Shown here piece by piece: positions 46,616-53,809 of a stretch of 64,000 nt of DNA; position 1 is the first letter of the stretch; each line of letters opens with the position of its first letter. Under the pieces are notes generated by a model. It was not told the DNA's origin. It saw nothing but the letters and a program-made list of their open reading frames with translations, and searched no databases. This DNA is from Bacteroidota bacterium. GTDB taxonomy: Bacteria; Bacteroidota; Bacteroidia; Flavobacteriales_D; JABDKJ01. Made by a program: the position numbers and the translations under genes. The stretch is taken from NCBI GenBank assembly GCA_039028335.1, contig JBCCIF010000001.1, positions 33,090 to 97,089 of the forward strand, read 5' to 3'.

Positions 46616-48400
46616 TTATTTTTTCTTCAATTTTTCAATTTCCACTTGCAGCTGCATAATAATAGCTTGCTGCTCTTGAATACTTTTTATTAGGACAGGA
46701 ATAAGAGAGTTATAGCGTAACCCAAAATTTTCCAATTCCACTTCTTCGTAACGATCTGATGATCCTTCGATTAATTCATGATTGGTCGTTTTGACCGCCT
46801 CAGGGATCAGCGATAAAATGTTTTGTGCACTCAATCCAATTTTTTGTTCCTGAAAAGGGTCCTCACGTAATACATAGGAATACGTTTCGAGTTGCATGAG
46901 TTCATTCAAGCCATAGGACAGAGGCTTGACATTTTCCTTCATGCGCATATCTGAAACATTAATGAAATTGTCGGCCCACATGTCATCCCAATAAAAAGGG
47001 GGCTCGCCCATATCCAATGTAAAAGTGGATATTGGATCAAAATCTGCCAATAAGGAGATTGTATTTGTTCCATCGCTGAAATATTCCGTATCTCCTAAAC
47101 CGAATATGGTATTGGAAGTAGCGCTACCATTTCTCACATGCAAAGTGTAGGCAGGATTGGCGTGCCCGATGCCCACATTGTCCGTTAAGCCATTGGTCGA
47201 TATGAGGGTTGCGGAACTTCCGCGCACAATAAAGTTAACGTTCGCATTGCTTTTATTAAAAATGGCACTGCCATCGACATCTAGATTTGCTATTGGGCTT
47301 TGTGTGTTTACACCAAGCGTATTGTTTATAAAGACTATGTCATTGGCAAAATCTCCTCCTAAGAGAGGAAATGAACTGTTGTTATTGTCTAGATATAGTT
47401 GATTACTCATGGATTCGTTCTCGCCTGCTCGATGTCCGATGAATATATTTCCACTACCAGTGTTGGATCTTCCTGCTCCAAATCCAACATACACATTCTC
47501 ATTTCCATGGTTCAACCCCAGACCTGCTTCAGAGCCGATAACAACATTTTCGCTGCCCATCGCTGCATTGTATGCAGATCGTTCGCCTATGAATACATTG
47601 AAATCTCCCATTGATGAATTGAAGCCTGCATTTTGGCCTATCATGGTATTTGCCGATCCAATATTGTCAAATCCCGCACTTTGACCAACAAAGGTATTAT
47701 AGGATCCATCGTCATTGTTATAGCCGGCCTGTTGACCTAATGCGGTATTTGCCGCCCCTGTGTCATTACTGAAACCTGCATTGTGGCCCAAATAGGTGTT
47801 CAGTGTCGAGGAACTTGCATTCAATCCTGCATTGGCACCAACAAATGTGCTATATGAAACTTCGCTTGCCACATTTCCAGCCCTATTTCCCAAGAAGGTG
47901 TTATAAATCCCATCACTTAGGTTCGGGTTAAGATTTAACCCCGACAATTCACCGAGCAAGGTATTGTTCATGTTGTTGGTCAATTCGATAGAAGAAACGC
48001 CATTGGCATTTTTAGAGTACTTGAGAACTTCTGTTCCACTTAAGGTCATTCTCACCATGTCTTCATCTGGATTTTGTTCAACATCAACCCAGGTGTCTTC
48101 GTCTTCATCAATCAGACGAACAATACTTTTCGATAGCAAAGGAATCCAAATTGCACCGTTGAAATAGAAAAAGCCAGAATCCGCATTGTGCTGATAAATC
48201 AAAAGTCCTGTCGCTGGACTGCTAATCCCATTTTTTTGAGCTTCGGTGAGTCTGGGAACAAGAAAGCCTTTGTCACTCGCCTTGATATCAAGTATTGCCG
48301 AAGGATCGGGGTTTGAGCCGTCTTCATTGATGCCAATATTCTGAGCCAATGCTGACCATGAATAAAGAATGATTACGATGAGTGTGGTTAGACGAATCAT
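46616..48400 (-). CDS. tail fibre domain-containing secreted protein with C-terminal S74-type intramolecular chaperone domain
   Basis: Signal peptide. N-terminal GINEDGSNPDPSAILDI...KGFLVPRLT. Eleven ~17-aa N-[TV]-x-[LVI]-G-x-x-AG repeats. C-terminal VSDMRMKENVKPL...IGLSAQNILSLIPEAV and a terminal coiled-coil. Confidence 0.8.
   Translation of the reverse strand: MIRLTTLIVIILYSWSALAQNIGINEDGSNPDPSAILDIKASDKGFLVPRLTEAQKNGISSPATGLLIYQHNADSGFFYFNGAIWIPLLSKSIVRLIDEDEDTWVDVEQNPDEDMVRMTLSGTEVLKYSKNANGVSSIELTNNMNNTLLGELSGLNLNPNLSDGIYNTFLGNRAGNVASEVSYSTFVGANAGLNASSSTLNTYLGHNAGFSNDTGAANTALGQQAGYNNDDGSYNTFVGQSAGFDNIGSANTMIGQNAGFNSSMGDFNVFIGERSAYNAAMGSENVVIGSEAGLGLNHGNENVYVGFGAGRSNTGSGNIFIGHRAGENESMSNQLYLDNNNSSFPLLGGDFANDIVFINNTLGVNTQSPIANLDVDGSAIFNKSNANVNFIVRGSSATLISTNGLTDNVGIGHANPAYTLHVRNGSATSNTIFGLGDTEYFSDGTNTISLLADFDPISTFTLDMGEPPFYWDDMWADNFINVSDMRMKENVKPLSYGLNELMQLETYSYVLREDPFQEQKIGLSAQNILSLIPEAVKTTNHELIEGSSDRYEEVELENFGLRYNSLIPVLIKSIQEQQAIIMQLQVEIEKLKKK
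47411..47968 (-). repeat. about 11 tandem ~17-residue repeats (NTxLGxxAGxxN...) within the tail-fibre-like protein
   Basis: Counted by eye at aa 146-322: NTLLG, NTFLG, STFVG, NTYLG, NTALG, NTFVG, NTMIG, NVFIG, NVVIG, NVYVG, NIFIG. Spacing is 16-17 aa, with 21 aa for the first. Confidence 0.75.
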
Positions 48401-48593
48401 TAAATAGTACGCGTAAATTGTTATTTGGTCTACGTTTATCGGGCTTTTATGTTTCCTTTTTTAAAATTTCGAACTTTTGTGAGATGGTGCCGTTAAAAAG
48501 GCTGATTTTAATTGCGAATGGTAGCTTGTTTCAAAGAAAAAATAGTTTTATCTTCGCACGCCCAAATAAAAGGGACATTTAAATATTAGAAAA

Positions 48594-49040
48594 GTGGATA
48601 CTTTAAGTTACAGAACGATTTCGGCAAATAAAGAGACTGCAAATAAGGAGTGGTTGCTTGTGAATGCTGAAGGACAAACACTTGGAAGATTGGCCAGTGA
48701 GGTGGCAAAGTTGTTGCGCGGTAAGCACAAAACGAATTATACTCCACATGCAGATTGTGGGGATAATGTTGTTGTGATTAATGCAGAGAAAATAGTTCTT
48801 TCAGGTAATAAAATGTTTGAAAAGGAATACATCCGTCACACAGGGTATCCAGGTGGTCAACGATCTCTTACGGCAAGACAATTGATGGAGAGAAAGCCTT
48901 ATGCTTTGGTAGAAAAAGCAGTCAAAGGAATGTTGCCAAAGAATAAATTGGGTTCAGCTTTATACAGAAACTTATATGTGTATGCTGGATCTGAGCACCA
49001 ACAAGAGGCTCAAAAACCAAAAGAATTTAAATTAAGTTAA
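48594..49040 (+). CDS. rplM: 50S ribosomal protein L13
   Basis: 148-aa ORF with a GTG start. Contains WLLVNAEGQTLGRLAS and the conserved core of L13. Confidence 0.95.
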   Translation: MDTLSYRTISANKETANKEWLLVNAEGQTLGRLASEVAKLLRGKHKTNYTPHADCGDNVVVINAEKIVLSGNKMFEKEYIRHTGYPGGQRSLTARQLMERKPYALVEKAVKGMLPKNKLGSALYRNLYVYAGSEHQQEAQKPKEFKLS

Positions 49041-49047
49041 TTAAGGT

Positions 49048-49434
49048 ATGGACGTTGTAAGTACAATCGGAAGAAGAAAAGCTTCAATTGCGAGAATCTA
49101 TGTTTCTGAAGGAAAAGGTGGAATTACCATCAACAAGAGAGAAGCAAAAGATTACTTCCCAACTGATATACATTTATATAAATTAAACCAACCATTTGCA
49201 TTGACCGATACTGAAGGCAGTTTTGACGTTAAAGTAAATGTGATTGGAGGTGGTGTAACAGGTCAAGTAGAAGCCATTCGTCTAGCTATTTCTAGAGCAT
49301 TGGTAGAAATTGATCCTGAGCACAAACCAAAACTGAAATCGCACGGGCTGATGACCAGAGATCCGAGAATGGTAGAGAGAAAGAAACCAGGTCAGAAGAA
49401 AGCACGTAAGAAATTTCAATTTAGCAAGCGTTAA
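49048..49434 (+). CDS. rpsI: 30S ribosomal protein S9
   Basis: 128-aa ORF with GRRKASIARIY and the C-terminal KKARKKFQFSKR. Confidence 0.95.
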   Translation: MDVVSTIGRRKASIARIYVSEGKGGITINKREAKDYFPTDIHLYKLNQPFALTDTEGSFDVKVNVIGGGVTGQVEAIRLAISRALVEIDPEHKPKLKSHGLMTRDPRMVERKKPGQKKARKKFQFSKR

Positions 49435-49528
49435 GATTAACGCTGGTTTAGCATCCAAACTAGCAGGACTCTTTGTGAAGAATAACCTGCGGTTGCTTTT
49501 AGAGAACGTAAACCGATAATTAAAATAT

Positions 49529-50473
49529 ATGTCTGAAGTAAAATTCAACGACTTATTAGATGCCGGAGTTCACTTCGGTCACCTAAAGAGAAAATGGAAT
49601 CCCAACATGGCTCCTTATATCTTTTCGGAGAAAAAAGGGATTCACATCATCGACCTCAACAAGACAATTGTAAAATTAGATCAAGCTTGCGCTGTTATTA
49701 AGGACATGGCCAAGTCAGGCAAGAAGATTCTTTTCGTTGCAACTAAAAAGCAAGCGAAAGATATTGTTGCTCAAAAGGTTGCTGAAGTTAATATGCCTTA
49801 TGTAACTGAACGATGGTTCGGAGGTATGTTGACCAACTTCGCTACAATTAGAAAAGCAGTGAAAAAGATGTCCATGATTGATAAAATGTTTCAAGATGGA
49901 ACTTCTCAAACAATGTCTAAGAGAGAGCGCTTAATGCTAACACGTACACGAGCAAAATTGGAAAAGAACTTAGGTTCAATCTCTGATTTAAGTAGACTTC
50001 CTCAAGCTATTTTTATCGTAGATGTATTGAAGGAGCATATTGCAGTTGCAGAAGCCAATAAATTAAACATTACTTCTTTCGCAATGGTAGACACGAACAG
50101 TGATCCAAACCTAGTCGATTATGCGATTCCATCTAATGATGATGCTACGAAGTCAATTTCATTCATCATGGATAAGGTATGTGGTGCGATAAAAGAGGGC
50201 TTGGAAGAAAGAAACAAGGCCAAAGAAGAGCGCAAGGCAAGCGGAGAAACGCAGAAAGATTTAACTACGCCTGAGGTTGTGGAAGAGGTTCAGATGTCTG
50301 CAGCGGTAGAAGCCGAAGCAAAAGTTGCCGAAGCCGAAGCAAAAGTAGAAGAAGTTCAGCCAATTGAAAGCCAAGAAGCTCCTGCTGAGGCTGCTGCTGA
50401 AGAGGCTCCGGTTGAAGAAGCACCGGCTGAAGAAAGTCAGAATGAAACGGAAGGTGAAAAACCAGCCGAATAA
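49529..50473 (+). CDS. rpsB: 30S ribosomal protein S2 with Ala/Glu-rich C-terminal extension
   Basis: LLDAGVHFGH and the S2 core through about aa 235, then a ~75-aa acidic low-complexity tail. Confidence 0.95.
   Translation: MSEVKFNDLLDAGVHFGHLKRKWNPNMAPYIFSEKKGIHIIDLNKTIVKLDQACAVIKDMAKSGKKILFVATKKQAKDIVAQKVAEVNMPYVTERWFGGMLTNFATIRKAVKKMSMIDKMFQDGTSQTMSKRERLMLTRTRAKLEKNLGSISDLSRLPQAIFIVDVLKEHIAVAEANKLNITSFAMVDTNSDPNLVDYAIPSNDDATKSISFIMDKVCGAIKEGLEERNKAKEERKASGETQKDLTTPEVVEEVQMSAAVEAEAKVAEAEAKVEEVQPIESQEAPAEAAAEEAPVEEAPAEESQNETEGEKPAE
50309..50350 (+). repeat. 21-nt tandem duplication (GAAGCCGAAGCAAAAGT + 4 nt, x2) encoding EAEAKVA/EAEAKVE in the S2 tail
   Basis: Read directly: identical 17-mers at 50309-50325 and 50330-50346. 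Confidence 0.85.
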
Positions 50474-50505
50474 TTAATAAGTATTTAATTCTAAAACATA
50501 GAGAC

Positions 50506-51327
50506 ATGAGTATTACAGCTGCTGATGTAAACAATTTAAGAAAAGCAACAGGTGCAGGAATGATGGATTGCAAGAACGCTTTGGTTGAAGCGAATGGCGA
50601 TTTTGATGCTGCTGTTGACATTCTTAGAAAGAAAGGACAAAAAGTTGCCGCGAAAAGAGGTGACAGAGATGCTACAGAAGGATTGGTTATTGCTAAGACA
50701 AATGATTCCGGTTCAGAAGGTGCAATTATTGTTCTTAACTGTGAAACTGATTTCGTTGCTAAGAACGATGACTTCGTGAATTTTGCAAATAAAATTGCTG
50801 AGATAGCGCTTAATGAAAAACCAGCGGATTTGGACGAGCTGAAGTCAAAGCAAATTGATGGTATGCCAATTTCTGAGAAGATAATTGAGCAAACGGGAGT
50901 TATTGGTGAAAAAATCGATTTATCAAAATTTGCTGCTGTTGCTGCGGACACTGTTTATGCATATAATCACCCGGGTAATAAAATTGCCTCTGTTGTCGGT
51001 TTAAACAAAGGTGGTCAAGTAGATGCTGCAAAAGATGTGGCAATGCAAATTGCTGCGATGGATCCAATTGCAGTGGATAAAGAAGGTGTTGCACAGGATG
51101 TAATTGATAGAGAAATTGAAGTTGGAAAAGATCAAGCCATTCAAGAAGGAAAGCCAACGGAGATGGCGGAAAAGATTGCTATGGGGAGATTGAACAAATT
51201 CTTTAAAGAAAATACTTTATTGAATCAGCAATACATTAAGGACAATAAAAAGTCAATTCGCGATTTTTTATCTGATACGGAACAAGATTTAACCGTAACG
51301 GAATTCAAGAGATTCGCATTATCATAA
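50506..51327 (+). CDS. tsf: elongation factor Ts
   Basis: 273-aa ORF with the N-terminal UBA-like region ITAADVNNLRKATGAGMMDCKNAL. Confidence 0.95.
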   Translation: MSITAADVNNLRKATGAGMMDCKNALVEANGDFDAAVDILRKKGQKVAAKRGDRDATEGLVIAKTNDSGSEGAIIVLNCETDFVAKNDDFVNFANKIAEIALNEKPADLDELKSKQIDGMPISEKIIEQTGVIGEKIDLSKFAAVAADTVYAYNHPGNKIASVVGLNKGGQVDAAKDVAMQIAAMDPIAVDKEGVAQDVIDREIEVGKDQAIQEGKPTEMAEKIAMGRLNKFFKENTLLNQQYIKDNKKSIRDFLSDTEQDLTVTEFKRFALS

Positions 51328-51332
51328 ATCTG

Positions 51333-51362
51333 AAAAGAGAGACATCGTCTCTCTTTTTTTTT
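51333..51362 (+). terminator. Rho-independent terminator after tsf
   Basis: AAAAGAGAGAC-ATC-GTCTCTCTTTT stem (8 G/C-containing bp plus A-U extension) running into a 9-T tract that ends at 51362. Confidence 0.8.
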
Positions 51363-51366
51363 GCTT

Positions 51367-51374
51367 TATATTTG
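51367..51374 (+). promoter_or_regulatory. -7 promoter element TATATTTG upstream of pyrH
   Basis: Matches TAnnTTTG, 22 nt upstream of the ATG at 51397 and directly after the tsf terminator. Confidence 0.45.
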
Positions 51375-51396
51375 GGCATTCCATTTTTAATCAGCT

Positions 51397-52104
51397 ATGA
51401 AGTACAAAAGAATACTCCTTAAACTCAGCGGAGAAGCTTTGATGGGAGATAAAGAATTTGGTATTGACAATAATCGTCTGGCCCAATATGCGCGTGAAGT
51501 AAAAGAAATAGCAAATGAGGGTGTAGAAGTCGCCATTGTAATTGGCGGAGGAAATATTTTCAGAGGAGTTCAAGCAGCAGAGGGTGGGATGGAAAGGACC
51601 CAAGGAGATTACATGGGAATGTTAGCAACCATGATCAACGGAATGGCCTTGCAATCAGCCCTAGAAAAAGAAGGTGCATTTACGCGCTTAATGTCTGCCA
51701 TTAAAATGGAGGAAATTGCCGAGCCATTTATTAAAAGGAGGGCAGTAAGACACCTGGAAAAAGGGCGGATCGTGATCTTTGGTGCAGGTACTGGAAATCC
51801 ATACTTCACTACGGATACAGCGGCTTCCTTAAGGGCCATTGAAGTAGGAGCAGATGTTATTCTCAAAGGCACGCGAGTTGATGGAATTTACACAGCAGAT
51901 CCTGAAAAAGTAGCTGATGCGGTGAAATATGATAAGATCACTTTTGGTGAAGTCATCGCGAAAGGACTAAAAGTGATGGATATGACAGCATTTACTTTAT
52001 GCAATGAAAATCACCTTCCTATAGTTGTCTTTGATATGAATAAGCCTGGAAATCTGAGAAAAGTTGTTATTGGAGACCCTATTGGCACACTGGTTGAGGT
52101 GTAA
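51397..52104 (+). CDS. pyrH: uridylate (UMP) kinase
   Basis: 235-aa ORF with [12 protein letters not shown] and [10 protein letters not shown]. Confidence 0.95.
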   Translation: MKYKRILLKLSGEALMGDKEFGIDNNRLAQYAREVKEIANEGVEVAIVIGGGNIFRGVQAAEGGMERTQGDYMGMLATMINGMALQSALEKEGAFTRLMSAIKMEEIAEPFIKRRAVRHLEKGRIVIFGAGTGNPYFTTDTAASLRAIEVGADVILKGTRVDGIYTADPEKVADAVKYDKITFGEVIAKGLKVMDMTAFTLCNENHLPIVVFDMNKPGNLRKVVIGDPIGTLVEV

Positions 52105-52140
52105 GTTTCAATTTTACTATTTTTAAACAGAATCTAGAAC

Positions 52141-52704
52141 ATGACAGAAGAATTGAATATCGTTTTTTCAGATGCTAATGAGCAAATGAGTAAATCTATA
52201 GACCATTTTCAAAAAGAACTGCAAAGTATTCGTGCAGGCAAAGCAAATCCAAGCATGCTCGATTCCGTTAAATTGGATTATTATGGTTCGGAGACTCCAC
52301 TAAGTCAAGTTGCAAATATCAATACACCAGATGCGCGAACGATCTCTGTACAGCCTTGGGAGAAGAACCTTTTGGAAGATGTAGCAACTGCAATCACTTA
52401 TGCCAATTTAGGATTGAACCCACAGAACAATGGTGAAATGATCATAATTTCTGTACCACCATTGACAGAAGAAAGAAGGCAAGATCTATGCAAGAAATGC
52501 CGAGCTGAAGGAGAAAATGCGAAAGTTTCTGTGAGAAATGTCCGTAAGGATGCCATGGACCAAATTAAGGGTCTTCAAAAAGATGGTTTAAGTGAAGATA
52601 TGGCGAAAACGGCTGAAGGAAAAGTCGAAGGGATTGTCAAAAACTTTACTGAACAAATAGATAAGATAATATCTGCAAAAGAAGCGGACATTATGAGCGT
52701 TTAA
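52141..52704 (+). CDS. frr: ribosome recycling factor
   Basis: 187-aa ORF with the typical RRF sequence (IRAGKANPSMLD, PPLTEERR). Confidence 0.95.
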   Translation: MTEELNIVFSDANEQMSKSIDHFQKELQSIRAGKANPSMLDSVKLDYYGSETPLSQVANINTPDARTISVQPWEKNLLEDVATAITYANLGLNPQNNGEMIIISVPPLTEERRQDLCKKCRAEGENAKVSVRNVRKDAMDQIKGLQKDGLSEDMAKTAEGKVEGIVKNFTEQIDKIISAKEADIMSV

Positions 52705-52709
52705 AGAGA

Positions 52710-53693
52710 TTAGACGAATACTTTTGTTCCTTCAGAACAATTCTGGCAAATATCGATTTCTTGTCGCGAGCGTAATAATTTTGCTCTGAAATTCTGATAG
52801 TTTACTCCATTCCAAATTTCTGAAAATGTCTGTCTATTGAGATCTCCTAAAGTGTATTTAGCGTCTTTGTCAAAACAGCATGGCACAACCTTTCCATCCC
52901 ATGTAATTACGCACGAACTCCAAAGACGCCAGCAGTGATTGTCTAAGGAATTTTTAAACTCATATGTGCCATCAGCCTTTTTCCTATAACGCGAATAGTT
53001 CTCATTGTCGGGGATAAGAGGATTGCCATTTACGTAATTATAAACCTGAGCGCTCTTTAATACTACTTTATCCACACCAATTTCCTTACCGAGTTGTTGC
53101 ACTTCTTCTATTTGATGCTCATTGGGTTTTACAACTAAAAATTGAAAGTGAACTTCGGGGCTGTTTTTGCCAAGTTTATTCTTCCAATAGATGATGTTCT
53201 TGGTTCCTTCAATTACTTTTTCTAAGTCCCCATTAACTCTATAATTTTCATAGACTTCTTGCGTTGTCCCGTCTATAGATATGATCAATTTCTTGAGACC
53301 ACTTTCAACGGTCTCTTTTGCTTTTTCCGAATCTAAAAAATGAGCATTAGTGGAAGTAGCCGTGAAAATCCCTTTTTGGTCTGCCAAGCGGACCATGTCT
53401 GAAAACTGCGGATTCAAATAGGGTTCTCCCTGAAAATAGAAAGTGAGGTAGGAGACATAAGATTTTAATTGATCAGTCCATTTATCAAAATTGCCCAAAT
53501 CTATTTTACCTGTAGGACGAGAAAACTTTTTCAGCCCGCTTGGACATTCAGGGCAGCCTAAATTGCAGGCTGTTGTAGGTTCAATAGAGATAGAAATAGG
53601 CTTGCCCCAGTGTACTGTTGAGCCCGTATATTTCGACCAATGATATGAGCCAAAGGTTTTAAAGGCATTCATACTTCGACTGAAAAAGGACAT
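52710..53693 (-). CDS. radical SAM protein with Cys-rich SPASM-like C-terminal domain
   Basis: 327-aa ORF with the CNLGCPEC (CX3CX2C) cluster at aa 43-50. The C-terminal Cys pattern is CWRLWSSC...PCCFD...CQNC. Confidence 0.85.
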   Translation of the reverse strand: MSFFSRSMNAFKTFGSYHWSKYTGSTVHWGKPISISIEPTTACNLGCPECPSGLKKFSRPTGKIDLGNFDKWTDQLKSYVSYLTFYFQGEPYLNPQFSDMVRLADQKGIFTATSTNAHFLDSEKAKETVESGLKKLIISIDGTTQEVYENYRVNGDLEKVIEGTKNIIYWKNKLGKNSPEVHFQFLVVKPNEHQIEEVQQLGKEIGVDKVVLKSAQVYNYVNGNPLIPDNENYSRYRKKADGTYEFKNSLDNHCWRLWSSCVITWDGKVVPCCFDKDAKYTLGDLNRQTFSEIWNGVNYQNFRAKLLRSRQEIDICQNCSEGTKVFV

Positions 53694-53809
53694 AGATCAA
53701 ATATAGATGAACGAATATTAATTCAAGCTAAATCAGAAGCGAAAATCTCAGCGATAAATTGCCCTCATGAAATACAAGGTCTAATCATTAAAAACACTTA
53801 TTTTGCGGA

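Noticed and set aside
46616-48400. Prophage or phage-remnant interpretation of the tail-fibre-like gene
   Set aside because: There is no integrase, terminase, capsid, baseplate or tRNA attachment site within reach. The flanks are a bacilliredoxin gene and ribosomal protein operons. The protein has a Sec-type signal peptide.
49442-49464. Stem-loop GCTGGTTT-AGCATCC-AAACTAGC between rpsI and rpsB as a possible ribosomal-protein leader or terminator
   Set aside because: It has 8 bp including a G-U pair, no T-run, and matches no leader motif known to me. I cannot tell it apart from chance structure without covariation data.
50265-50951. 228-aa minus-strand ORF spanning the rpsB 3' end, the spacer and the tsf 5' half
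   Set aside because: It lies antisense to two unmistakable conserved genes. Its product is Ala/Ser/Phe/Leu-rich low complexity, and it crosses an intergenic spacer. It is a shadow ORF created by the GAA/GCT-rich sense codons.
53694-53809. Search for a RiPP precursor peptide next to the radical SAM/SPASM-like gene
   Set aside because: Only ORFs of 5 codons or fewer are present (ATG AAC GAA TAT TAA; ATG AAA TAC AAG GTC TAA). The other side abuts frr with a 5-nt gap.
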